Both the position numbers and the translations under genes were made by a program. This document shows positions 36,843 through 49,990 of a stretch of 64,000 nucleotides of DNA, piece by piece. This DNA comes from Octopus bimaculoides (taxonomy: Eukaryota): positions 119,356,581-119,420,580 of the forward strand of contig NC_068984.1 of the NCBI RefSeq assembly GCF_001194135.2. The letters are read 5' to 3'. Positions within the stretch are counted from its first letter, which is position 1. Every line of letters starts with the position of its first letter. The notes beneath the pieces were generated by a model. The model was not told the origin of the DNA. It worked only from the letters and a program-made list of their open reading frames with translations, and searched no databases.

Positions 36843-37378
36843 CTAGAATCAATTACTAGCCTGATAGACTCGGCTACGTCAAGATGGACTTATGTATTCT
36901 TCCTCACATTTGGATTTTTATGTATTCTCTCTCCCACTCGGATTTGAAATGTTGCCACATTTATAATATGTCTTTTCTACAGTAATTTTTCTGCATTTTC
37001 GTGCAGCTGAAGAGGGCTCTTCATATTGCATTTAAGGTAATGCTCGCATTACTTAAATAAATTGAAGTAGCATGAAACGTGCGTACTGCAATCACCTTTG
37101 AAATCCGTGTTGCTTAATCCGTGTTGCCAAATTCAACATATTGATGGCAGACCTCGTCAGAGTAATGCGAAATGTCTCCTGCATGTGCGACCCTACAGAA
37201 TTAAAGAGACATATACAACATTTCGTCCACCGCATGCAGTTCTCAGGTTACAGCCATAAAGAAAGGATCAGGGTATACAAAGGAGCTATGAAGAAGTTTG
37301 AAACAATCAAACGCAACGATAGGAATGGGATTTGCCCACTCTATAGGAGCAAATCATGGAACACCATAGAAAGGACTA
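36843..37378 (+). mobile_element. Penelope-like element fragment: pLTR-like segment plus RT thumb region
   Basis: RVAKFNILMADLVRVMRNVSCMCDPTELKRHIQHFVHRMQFSGYSHKERIRVYKGAMKKFE..PLYR resembles the PLE RT thumb (R..RN.S...RMQFSGY motif). It is preceded by a hammerhead motif and cut by an N gap. Confidence 0.7.
37002..37090 (+). ncRNA. Type I hammerhead ribozyme (extended stem II, minimal stem III)
   Basis: TGCAG(37002-06)-CTGAAGA(37007-13)-stem II-GAAA(37074-77)-C-GTGC-G-TA(37084-85)-CTGCA(37086-90). Stem I is a perfect 5-bp helix and the cleavage triplet is GUA. Confidence 0.8.
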
Positions 37379-39024
37379 NNNNNNNNNNNNNNNNNNNNNN
37401 NNNNNNNNNNNNNNNNNNNNNNNNNNNNNNNNNNNNNNNNNNNNNNNNNNNNNNNNNNNNNNNNNNNNNNNNNNNNNNNNNNNNNNNNNNNNNNNNNNNN
37501 NNNNNNNNNNNNNNNNNNNNNNNNNNNNNNNNNNNNNNNNNNNNNNNNNNNNNNNNNNNNNNNNNNNNNNNNNNNNNNNNNNNNNNNNNNNNNNNNNNNN
37601 NNNNNNNNNNNNNNNNNNNNNNNNNNNNNNNNNNNNNNNNNNNNNNNNNNNNNNNNNNNNNNNNNNNNNNNNNNNNNNNNNNNNNNNNNNNNNNNNNNNN
37701 NNNNNNNNNNNNNNNNNNNNNNNNNNNNNNNNNNNNNNNNNNNNNNNNNNNNNNNNNNNNNNNNNNNNNNNNNNNNNNNNNNNNNNNNNNNNNNNNNNNN
37801 NNNNNNNNNNNNNNNNNNNNNNNNNNNNNNNNNNNNNNNNNNNNNNNNNNNNNNNNNNNNNNNNNNNNNNNNNNNNNNNNNNNNNNNNNNNNNNNNNNNN
37901 NNNNNNNNNNNNNNNNNNNNNNNNNNNNNNNNNNNNNNNNNNNNNNNNNNNNNNNNNNNNNNNNNNNNNNNNNNNNNNNNNNTATATATATATACATACA
38001 TACATACATATGTGTGTGTGTGTGAAAGTGTGTCTGTGTTTGTCTCCCTCCATCACTTGACAACTGCTGTTGGTTTGTTTATGTTCCTGTAACTAAGCAG
38101 TTTAGCAGAAAGGAGGTCTAATATAGAATAAATACCAGGCTTTAAAAACTATAAGTACAGGGGTTGATTTGTTTGACCAAACCTTTTGAGGTGGAACTCC
38201 AGCATGGCCACAGTCCAATGGCTAAAACAAGTAAAAGAGATTACCTTGCCAGAAGCCTTCCACCATGATACAATGCCCACATCCTTGATGGCGAAACAGC
38301 TCCTTAGAAAACACTGAGACAAACAATTAAACTAATTTTCACCAAAGTGGCAGGTCTGGTTTAAGTAGTTAGAGGTTATCTAAGAGGATGTTGTTATTTT
38401 AGAGTCTTAATCATACAAGAGTTTATCAGAATATTTAGTATGACACTATAAACTTTAATTCAGTTGAATGTTGAAATTCTTTGTTTTCTGCTTCTGGCAG
38501 AACATGAAATAATCCTTAAAGGTTCCAGGATTAAGTTTCACAGAAAAAAATTTAAACCTGGTTACATTATTTGCTTTTAAATGCTTGCATATCACCACAT
38601 TTGTTTAAATATGTGCTGGCAAATATGAACATGTTTATACGTGGCTATGAATGTGTGTATATATCAGTGACATATGGTAGTTGTTGTATTGGGTGTGCTG
38701 GCACACCCAATACCACCAAATTTCAAGCAGGGGTATAACAAAAGTTTTCCATTAAGATTTGAGGAATGGCTGTGTGGTAACAACCTTGCTTCAAAACCAT
38801 GTAGATCTAGGTTTAGTTTGACTGTGTGGCACCTTGGGCAAGTGTCTTCTTCTATAGCTTTGGGCTGACCAAAGCCTTGTGAGTCTACCAAATCCACTCA
38901 CAAGGCTTTGGTCGGCCCAAGGCTATAGTAGAAGACACTTGCCCAAGGTGCCACGCAGTGGGAATGAACCCAGAACCATGTGGTTGGTAAGCAAGCTACT
39001 TAGCACACAGCCACTCCTGCGCCT

Positions 39025-39315
39025 ATGTGTGGTATGTGTGGATTCTGAAACAAACCATTCTGCTTGCAATATCAAAGCTGAACTGGTGACCAAGATCAAA
39101 GAGGTATTCAAAGATCACACCAAGGACACAGTGAGGAATGCATGCACTTGGTTCTGGAGCTGTCTTGAGGTTGTAGTGGAAGCTGAGGGTGGCTACTTTG
39201 AGTAAACTGTTATTCCCTAGCCATAATCTAGTTGATATTTTTTGATTTTTAAAATACTTTTAATTTGGATGGGATCTTTTATGCAAACTGTCATATTTAG
39301 TCCAAACACCCTGTA
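39025..39315 (+). mobile_element. Tc1/mariner-superfamily transposase C-terminus plus right end
   Basis: ETNHSACNIKAELVTKIKEVFKDHTKDTVRNACTWFWSCLEVVVEAEGGYFE* is a typical Tc1/mariner C-terminal helix. The end reads CCAAACACCCTGTA. Confidence 0.75.
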
Positions 39316-39364
39316 CGTGTGTGTGTGCGTAGATAGATAGACAGATATATATATATAAGCTCGC

Positions 39365-39665
39365 AAGGAATGAAGCCAGTATGCTCCGCTGGATGTGTAA
39401 TGTAAATGTGCATACCCGTCAGAGTGTAAGTATCTTGAGAGAAAAGCTGAATATAAGAAGCGTCAGTAGTGGTGTGCAAGAGAGACGATTGCGCTGGTTT
39501 GGACATGTGGTGAGAATGAATGAGGATAGCTGCGTGAAAAAGTGCCACTCCCTAACAGTTGAGGGAACCCGTGGAAGAGGTAGGCCCAGGAAGACCTGGG
39601 CTGAGGTGGTGAGGCAAGACCTTCGAACATTGGGCCTCATCGAGACGATGACTACTGACCGAGAC
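39365..39665 (+). mobile_element. RTE LINE ORF2 C-terminal fragment (young-looking, cut by gap)
   Basis: MLRWMCNVNV..ERRLRWFGHVVRMNEDSCVKKCHSLTVEGTRGRGRPRKTWAEVVRQDLRTLGLIETMTTDRD. Confidence 0.9.
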
Positions 39666-41566
39666 NNNNNNNNNNNNNNNNNNNNNNNNNNNNNNNNNNN
39701 NNNNNNNNNNNNNNNNNNNNNNNNNNNNNNNNNNNNNNNNNNNNNNNNNNNNNNNNNNNNNNNNNNNNNNNNNNNNNNNNNNNNNNNNNNNNNNNNNNNN
39801 NNNNNNNNNNNNNNNNNNNNNNNNNNNNNNNNNNNNNNNNNNNNNNNNNNNNNNNNNNNNNNNNNNNNNNNNNNNNNNNNNNNNNNNNNNNNNNNNNNNN
39901 NNNNNNNNNNNNNNNNNNNNNNNNNNNNNNNNNNNNNNNNNNNNNNNNNNNNNNNNNNNNNNNNNNNNNNNNNNNNNNNNNNNNNNNNNNNNNNNNNNNN
40001 NNNNNNNNNNNNNNNNNNNNNNNNNNNNNNNNNNNNNNNNNNNNNNNNNNNNNNNNNNNNNNNNNNNNNNNNNNNNNNNNNNNNNNNNNNNNNNNNNNNN
40101 NNNNNNNNNNNNNNNNNNNNNNNNNNNNNNNNNNNNNNNNNNNNNNNNNNNNNNNNNNNNNNNNNNNNNNNNNNNNNNNNNNNNNNNNNNNNNNNNNNNN
40201 NNNNNNNNNNNNNNNNNNNNNNNNNNNNNNNNNNNNNNNNNNNNNNNNNNNNNNNNNNNNNNNNNATATATGTACGTATGTGTATATATATGTAGAGAGA
40301 GAGAGTACAAAATCTATACAACACTGAACTTTCATGTACAACACATGACCCCATGAGCCAAGAAAGAGCCTCGAAGCAGTTGATTGATTCTCAAATCACA
40401 CCCTAGTCTTAAGGGAAAAAAAAAAATCAAAAAGAAAGCACTCATTAATGTGGTCTTAATGTAGTCCTTAAAATACTAAGTTTGAATAAGACAGGATGGT
40501 CATGGCTGGAATGCCTTTGATCAAATTTTCTGTCAGTGGGACTAAACAACATACCACTCAACCACACACACACAGACACACACTAAAAAAAACATTTCCC
40601 GACTTCTCTTTTCACTTTCCCTTTTAGAAACACAGTTGTAAAGCAGTGATTGGTTGGTTAGGAACCTGTAATCAATATATATATATATATATATATATCA
40701 TCATCATCATCATCATCATCGTACTTATTTGCTTTTTATTCACCTTGAAGCTGTGCGGATAATACCAAACTGACTTGGTGCCTCAACTAAAGTACCTAAT
40801 TCAACTGAATCTTAATTATTTCTTATAATATATATATGCATGTATTATGCATGTGCAAATATATATATGAATGTGTGTATTATTAATGAAGCATATCAAA
40901 AACATCAATAAGAAAACTAAAACCGAAGTCTCTTGAGAACTTTCAAGTCAAATGACTTCTCTTTTCACTTTCCCTTTCAGAAACATAGTTGTAAAGCAGT
41001 GATTGGTTGGTTAGGAACCTGTAATCAATAATGCAGTTGTCCTGAATTATGAAATGAAATAATGAAATAAGAGTGGCAGTGGGAGTTAATCCATTACAGT
41101 CCTCCTTCCAGAACTTCAGACCTTATGTTTGTATTTACAATCATTATCATTACTAGAGTCACAGTGACCCTGGGAAAAAAACTCATGGTTGAATGGTTAG
41201 CAAACAGGAAGAATATTAGGCATAAAAGAAAATGCCCACTCAAAAATAAATCAAACCAGGAGTGGCTGTGTGGTTAAGAAATTTGCTTCCTAACAACATG
41301 GTGCCAGATTCAGTCCCACAATGTACTACCATGGGCAAATATTTTCTACTAAAGCTATGGGCTGCAGTGAATGGAAACTGAAAGAATCCCATCATTTATA
41401 CGTATAAGGCACAGTCATAGCTGTGTGGTGAGAAGCTTGCTTCACAACCACATGGTTCTGGGTTCAGTCCCACTGCATGGCACCTTGGGCAAGTTTCTTC
41501 TATTATATAGTTTCAGGCTAACCAAATCTTTGTGAGTGGATCTGGTAGACGGAAGTCAAAGAAGCC

Positions 41567-41639
<73 letters not shown>

Positions 41640-41653
<14 letters not shown>

Positions 41654-42410
41654 GTTAATGTCTGCTTTCCATGCTAGCATGGGTTGGATGATTTGACTTA
41701 GGACTGTCGAACCAGATGGCTGCACCAGGCTCAGATCTGATCTGGTAGAGTTTCTACAGTTGGATGCCCTTCTTAATGCCAACCACTCTGAGAGTGTATT
41801 GGGTGCTTTTACGTGCCACTGGCATGAGGGCCTGTCAGGTAGGACTGGCAACGGTCACGCTCAAATGGTGTTTTTTACATGCCACCTGCACAGGAGCCAG
41901 TCCAGCAGCAGTGGTAACAACCTCGCTCGAATGTTTCTTCATGTGCCTCCGGCACAAGTGCCAGTAAGGCAACACTGGTAACGATCACGCTCAAATGGTG
42001 CTTTTTACATGTCACCAGCATGGAAGCCAGACAGCTGCTCTGGCAATGATCACGCTTAGATGGTGCTGTTAGCACTCCACTGGCATGGGTGCCAGTTATT
42101 GAATTTGGTTCGATTTTGATTTCACTTGCCCCAACAGGTCTTTGCAAGCAGAGTTTAGTGTCCAATGAAGGAAAGGTTGGCATGGGTGCTAGTTGTCGAA
42201 TTTGGTTCGATTTTGATTTCAATTTCACTTGCCTCAACAGGTCTTCGCAAGCAGAGTTTAGTGACCAATGAAGGAAAGGTATGCATAAGTGGGCTGGCAA
42301 AGGCCTAACAAAGGCCACAGGTTGTGGTCTCACTTGGCTTGCCGGGTCTTCTCAAGTACTGCATATCTCAAAAGGTCTCGGTCACTAGTCATTGCCTCGG
42401 TGAACAGACT
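41640..42410 (-). mobile_element. 5'-truncated RTE LINE (last ORF2 codons plus full 3' UTR plus (GAT)n)
   Basis: The minus strand begins ..MTSDRDL..YAVLEKTRQAK*, continuing the TMTTDRD motif of 39650. The repeat-containing 3' UTR follows. Confidence 0.8.
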
Positions 42411-43199
42411 CCTCTTGTTGGTGTACTGTATCAGTTGATTCACAACCTTTTGTACAGCCACATAAGGACATGTAAACAGGGTTCCATTTGTAAGTTAGAA
42501 AGATGGTGGATGAGCAACACAATACTTCATTCTTATAGGTGCAGGAGTGGCTGTGTGGTAAGTTGCTTGCTTACCAACCACATGGTTCCGGATTCAGTCC
42601 TACTGCGTGGCACCTTGGGCAAATGTCTTCTAGTATAGCCTTGGGCTGACCAAACCCTTGTGAGTGGATTTGGTAGACGGAAACTGAAATAAGCCTGTTG
42701 TATATATATGTGTATATATATGTGTATATATATATATGTGTGTGTCTATGTTTGTGTGTCTGTGTTTGTCCCTCCAACATCGCTTGACAGCCAATGCTGG
42801 TGTGTTTACGTCCCCGTAACTTAAGCAGCTCGGCAAAAGAGACTGATAGAATAAGTACTAGGCTTACAAAGAATAAGTCCCAAGGTCGAATTGCTTGACT
42901 AAAGGTGGTGCTCCAGCATGGCCATAGTCAAATGACTGAAACAAGTAAAAGAAACTGTTTCTTGACACTCAATATTTTGCTACAAGGCAGTGAGTTGGCA
43001 GAATCATTAGAATACTGGATAAAATTCTTAGCAATGTTTTATCTGTCTTCACGTCTTGAGTTCAAATTCGACTGAGGTTGATTTTGATAAAATAAGTACA
43101 AGTTGAGGACTGGGGTCCCGAAATTGCTAGCCTTGTGCCAAAATTCGAAATCAATATTTTCTAACAACTTTCTCTTGGCATAATATATAATTGTTGGAT

Positions 43200-43610
43200 A
43201 TCAGTACATGATTTTTTTTCTTCTTTTATTTTTGAAAATTGCGCTACGGTCTACAGAATTTGGGTCTGTCACGATGTAGTCTAGTAGTACTGAACCATAT
43301 GTTATGATTGGCACTGCAAGTATGTTAATGGCACAGATGGTATTTTTTTGCTGTGTAGATGAGTTTGAAAATATTTTTTTCACTCTGTCAAAATATTCAT
43401 ATCTCATTTGCATAGCCTTTCACATTCTTCTTCCTCCTGGCATTAAAAATATGTTCTACTATGTGAACTTTTTGTACTTATTATTTGTGACTGTAGATCA
43501 TCACTTGTTTCTTTGGATTCTACTATTTCAAATGTACAGTTTTGGTTTCATCTATGCCCATTATAAAATTAATAATTTTGATACTTTCTTAATTAGTGTT
43601 TTTATTAAAT
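43200..43610 (-). mobile_element. R4/Dong-like LINE RT-thumb fragment
   Basis: YFDRVKKIFSNSSTQQKNTICAINILAVPIITYG..LDY resembles RVKKILKS.LN..N.I.AIN..AVP...YS. Confidence 0.65.
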
Positions 43611-44670
43611 GATGATCATCATCATCGTTTAATGTCCGCTTTCCATGCTAGCATGGGTTGGACGATTTGACTGCGGACTGGTGAACCAGGTGGCTACACC
43701 AGGCTCCAATCTGATTTGGCAGAGTTTCTACAGCTGGATGCCCTTCCTAACGCCAACCACTCTGAGAGTGTAGTGGTTGCTTTTACGTGCCACCGACACA
43801 AAGGTACTGGCAGCGGCCACGCTCGAAATGGTGCATTTTACGTGCCAACCTGCACAGGAACCAGTCCAACGGTACTGGCAACGATCTCGCTCAAATGTCT
43901 TTTCACGTGCCACTGGCACAAGTGCCAGGAATGCGATGTTGGTAACGATCACGCTCAAATGGTGCTATTTACATGCCACCAGCATGGAAGCCAGACAACT
44001 GGTGCTCTGGCAATGATCACGCTCAGACGGTGCTCTTAGTGCTCCACTGGTACAGGTGCCATCAACAGTAATATCATAATTATCATTGTCATCATCATCA
44101 ACAAAGGTGTTGGTATAGCTTTGAGGTTAAGAAGCTTGCTCCAACCACATAATCTTGAGTCCAGTTTCATTGCGTGACACCTTGGACAACTGTCTTCAAC
44201 ACCAGCCAGCACCGAGCCAACCAAAGCATTGTAAGTAGATTCGGTAAAGACAGTGAGCTAGCAGAATTGTTAGCACATCGGGCAAAATGCTTAGCAACAT
44301 TTCATCTGTCTTTACATACTGGGTTCACGTGCCACCAGGGTTGACTTTACCTTTCATCTTCCCAGGGTTGATAAAATAAGCACCAGTTGAACACTGGGAG
44401 CAATCTAATCGATTTAGCCACCCCCACTGAAATTGCTGGCCTTGTGCCAAAATTTGAAAGCAATATATATATATATAACCATAAAAGAAGTATGAGAGGT
44501 GAATATATATTTATTTAACCATGTGACTTCTATAAAATTAAAGTTGTTTACATGAATGTCCATTACATGGACACTCTGTGTCACACTTCTTTATAATGGA
44601 TTATGGTTTGAACTGTTATCAGAATGTGTAAGAAAAGCTTTATGTGATAGCCAGACAAGTATTTGAATCC

Positions 44671-44709
<39 letters not shown>

Positions 44710-45598
44710 CGCACGCACGCATGCACGCACGCACACACACACACACACACACACACAATAAAAATATCATGTCCTCTAAAATCATATACAGTCTTCTTGC
44801 TTCCATAAGATCCTGTTACTCTTATTCTCTATTGCAACNNNNNNNNNNNNNNNNNNNNNNNNNNNNNNNNNNNNNNNNNNNNNNNNNNNNNNNNNNNNNN
44901 NNNNNNNNNNNNNNNNNNNNNNNNNNNNNNNNNNNNNNNNNNNNNNNNNNNNNNNNNNNNNNNNNNNNNNNNNNNNNNNNNNNNNNNNNNNNNNNNNNNN
45001 NNNNNNNNNNNNNNNNNNNNNNNNNNNNNNNNNNNNNNNNNNNNNNNNNNNNNNNNNNNNNNNNNNNNNNNNNNNNNNNNNNNNNNNNNNNNNNNNNNNN
45101 NNNNNNNNNNNNNNNNNNNNNNNNNNNNNNNNNNNNNNNNNNNNNNNNNNNNNNNNNNNNNNNNNNNNNNNNNNNNNNNNNNNNNNNNNNNNNNNNNNNN
45201 NNNNNNNNNNNNNNNNNNNNNNNNNNNNNNNNNNNNNNNNNNNNNNNNNNNNNNNNNNNNNNNNNNNNNNNNNNNNNNNNNNNNNNNNNNNNNNNNNNNN
45301 NNNNNNNNNNNNNNNNNNNNNNNNNNNNNNNNNNNNNNNNNNNNNNNNNNNNNNNNNNNNNNNNNNNNNNNNNNNNNNNNNATTTCTCATTTTGTCTTGT
45401 TCTGGTGTTTTGTGAAGTTTTTTTCTGGAGAACATTATTTTTCTTTGTGGTTGGGTTGTTGATAACCTCTTTCTAGCATATTGGATGTCCACCTAGTGGT
45501 CATCCCTTATACACGTGTAATACAATTTTTTCTGAATTTTCAGATTTTTTAATATGCTAGGCCACTTGGTTTTAAATTGAATCAATATTCAATTTATC

Positions 45599-45644
<46 letters not shown>

Positions 45645-46151
45645 CATAGGTATGGTGGTGTGGCACCTTGGGAAAGTGTCTTCTACTATAGCCTTGGGCT
45701 GTCCAAAGCCTTGTGAGAGGATTTGGCAGATGGAATGTATATATGCTTTATGTGTGTGTGTGTGTACGTGTGTGTATAAATATATATAAATATATATGTA
45801 TGTATGTATGTATGTGTGTGTGTGTGTTTGTGCATGTGTATGTGTGTATGTTTATGTGTCTTTGTTTATATCATACAAAACCAGTAATGTTGTTGAGGTA
45901 ATGTAACAACATTTTGACAAATACACATTGATAAGGTAGGTGGATATGCTCAACCAAATCCTAGAAGGTGGGGCACCAGTATGACTGCAATCCAATAAGC
46001 ACTAAAAAGACTAAGTAAATAAAAATAAATATCATAATTAATTTAATTTATTTACACATATAATATGATAATTGCAGTAATTACTTAAGAGTATTGACAA
46101 ATATGCTTCATATGAGTACATCTTCAGTTTACTCCCTAACTTCCTGCTTAG

Positions 46152-46212
<61 letters not shown>

Positions 46213-47011
46213 CTATTTGCATACATACATACATACACATATATACACATATATACTGACATGCAAATATACACACACACATACATACATACATACATAC
46301 ACACATACATACATACATACATACATACATACATACATACATACATAAGGAATATCACTGAAAATGTTCTGTTAGCTTTTATCGTTTACTTATTTCAGTC
46401 ATTTGTTTGTGGCCATGCTGGGGCACTGCCTTGAAGAATTTTGGTCAAACGAATTGATCCCAGTACATTTTTTTCCTAATAAATCTGGTACTTATTCTAT
46501 CAGTCTCTTTTGCCAAACTGCTACATTAGGAAGTCATAAATGCACCATCATCAAGCTGTGATGCTGGAGGCAACACACACACACAGAGACACACACAAAC
46601 ACACACAGACACAGACACACACACAAATATACACATATACGATGGGTTTCTTTTAGTTTCAGTCATCTAAATCCACTCACAAGGCATTGGTCAGTGCGAG
46701 GCTATAGTAGAAGACACTTACCCAAAGGTGCCATGCAGTGGGAGTGAACCCAGGACCATGAGGTCGGGAAGCAAATTTCTTACCACACGGCCACACCTGC
46801 ACCTGTACTGTAGATGTTATACAACACAATATATTTTTGTGTGTATGTATGTATTCATGCAGATTTGTGCGTGTGTGTTTGTGTGTCTGTGTGTGTGTGT
46901 TTGTGTGTGTGTATGTGTATGCATTTGTATGTATTGTTTGTGGTTCATAGAAAAAAGGAGCACTAAATTCAAGAAAATACTAAGATCATTAAATTATGTG
47001 TACATGTGAGT

Positions 47012-47060
<49 letters not shown>

Positions 47061-47454
47061 TGTGTATGTGTGAGTGTACATATATATACTCTTTTACTTG
47101 TTTCAGTCTTTTGACTGTGGCCATGCTGGAGCACCGCCTTTAGTCGAGCAAATCGACCCCAGGACTTATTCTTTAGAAGCCTAGTACTTATTCTATCAAT
47201 CTTTTTTGCCGAACCGCTAAGTTACGGGGACATAAACACACCAGCATCGGTTGTCAAGCGATGTTGGGGAGACAAACACAGACACACAAACACATACATA
47301 TATACAACGGGCTTCTTNNNNNNNNNNNNNNNNNNNNNNNNNNNNNNNNNNNNNNNNNNNNNNNNNNNNNNNNNNNNNNNNNNNNNNNNNNNNNNNNNNN
47401 NNNNNNNNNNNNNNNNNNNNNNNNNNNNNNNNNNNNNNNNNNNNNNNNNNNNNN

Positions 47455-47491
<37 letters not shown>

Positions 47492-47971
47492 ATATGTAAA
47501 TTTTCGTATAACTTTTTCATTCTTTAACTAGTATCAGCTCAGATTCAGTGACCAAGTTGGAGCACCACTATTGATGCATAAATTATAAATTATAATTATG
47601 AATATATAGGTGTGGTTGTGTGGTAAGAAGCTTGCTTCTCAAGCATATGGTTCTGGGATCAGTCCCACGGCATGGCACCTTGGGCAAAGTGTCTTCCACT
47701 ATAGCTTTGGGATGACCAAAGCCTTGTAAGCGGACTTGGTAGATGGAATCTGAAAGAAGCCTGTCATATATATACATACATACATACATATATATGTATG
47801 TATGTATGTATATGTGTGGGCCTTGGGGCCAATTTCCTTGGCTAAAACCCTTCAAGGCAGTGCTTCAGCATGGCCACAGTCAAATTACTGAAACAAGTAA
47901 AAGAATAAAAGTATACATATAAAACACATATTCATACATATCTGCAAACAGACACATATATACACACACAC

Positions 47972-48013
<42 letters not shown>

Positions 48014-48572
48014 CAGACAGACAGATAGACAGACAGACAGAGACAGACGACAATGAGACAGAGAGACACACAGACAGATAGGCATAGGCACAAATATACA
48101 GTAAAGAGTGAATATGTCTCTGCAGGTCACAGGAGCTCATAGAACAAATACCTACCTTGAGATTCTGCAGATATTTTGTGGATGAGATCTTCATTCTTCT
48201 CCTCCTTCCGAATTCAGACCCTAACCAATCACCACAGGTAAACATTCTCAGAGAATGTGGTACAACTACATACGACTACTTAAACTGAGTTATGTGGAAT
48301 ATAATGCTCTACCCAAAGATACAAAGGCAGAAACTTCTGAAGTACGCACACTCATGAGCTCCACTCCCACCCACACCACACTGGTAGGAGTCCAGTAATT
48401 TCTCATTTAAATATTTCATCTTTATAACACACACACACATGTACACATACACACACACACAGACTCCTGAAAACAATGCAAACATATTATCATCATTATC
48501 TTCAAGAGAAGCAATACAAGTATGACTGCTACCTAGACCCCCTGCCATTTGTGCTCCCTGCTATATAAATAA

Positions 48573-48626
<54 letters not shown>

Positions 48627-48908
48627 GTATGTATGCATGTATGTATGTGTGTGTGTGTGTGTGTATATATATCAATGTATTCTTCCTTCTCTCTCTCGCT
48701 CTCTTATTATGTGTGTGTGTTTGTGTTTGTGTGTGTGTGGGGGGTTGGGGGTTGTTTGGGTGTTGGTGCGTGCATATAATAAGCGTTTGGATTATTCATA
48801 TATTCAAAGTTGCGGTATCACTCAGTTAATACAGTGAGACTTAATTCTTTGCTCTCAGACTCAGAGTAGCAAAAGAAAGAAGGCGGCGTCAGTTTTGAGT
48901 AAATACAC

Positions 48909-48944
<36 letters not shown>

Positions 48945-49918
48945 TTATTATTGTCATTGTCCTACTTTTAGCAGCCAGTTCTTCATGCTTGCATGGGACA
49001 GATGGAATATGTTGAGGAATATTTTCCATGGCCTGATACCCAGCCCCGGTGCAAAAACCTTATCTGTTACTAAACAAGGTAATATTTGCCTGTGGCCAAT
49101 GTATGTTTTCATGGGAACTGGATGTGAATAATGCTACTTATATGACAGCAATGCTAGTTTACAACTATGATACAACATTCAGACATGCAGACACAAACAC
49201 ACATACACACATCCATACATATTGCACACATGCATACATATATATCATCATCATCATCGTTTAATGTCTGCTTTCCATGCTGGCATGAATTGGACGGTTT
49301 GACTTAGGAGTGGCGAGCCAGATGGCTGCACCAGGCTCCAATCTGATCTGGCAGAGTTTCTACAGCTGGATGCCCTTCCTAACGCCAACCACTCCAAGAG
49401 TATAGTGGGTGCTTTTATGTGCCACTGGCACAAGGGCCAGCCAAGTGATTCTAGCAACGACCACGCTCAAATGTTGTTTTTCACGTGCCACTGGCACATG
49501 TGCTTGTAAAGGCAACACTGGCAACGGTCATGCTCAAATGGTGCTTTTTACATGCACTTTATATGCTTGTTAATGTTGATGTAATATCAATTATATAACT
49601 AAGACAGCAAACTGACATAATCACTGGCAGGTTGGACAAAATGTCTCGTAGCATTTTGCCCATCTTTACGTGCTGAGTTCAAATTCCACTGAAGTCAATT
49701 CTGCCATACATAATCTTAGAGTGGATGAAATAAGAACTGGCTGAGCACTGACAGTCAATGTTATCAACTAGCCCCCACCCCACCCAAAACTTCAGGCTTT
49801 ATGCCTATTGTAGAAAGAAATGTCATATCTATTATAAAACTAACAAGATTATGAAACAGGTGTAAACAAATAGAATAAACATTTACCTTCTCATCTTGCT
49901 TCTCTTATTTGTTTTATT

Positions 49919-49990
<72 letters not shown>

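Noticed and set aside
38246-38314. Candidate minus-strand mini-exon (AG...G|GTAATC) as a missing BtpA 5' exon
   Set aside because: No frame resembles the expected GIQILA..N..ALAVA.A.G segment.
48156-48245. Candidate minus-strand exon ending in a GTAGGT donor
   Set aside because: The phase-1 frame contains a TGA, and no frame resembles BtpA or a recognisable protein.
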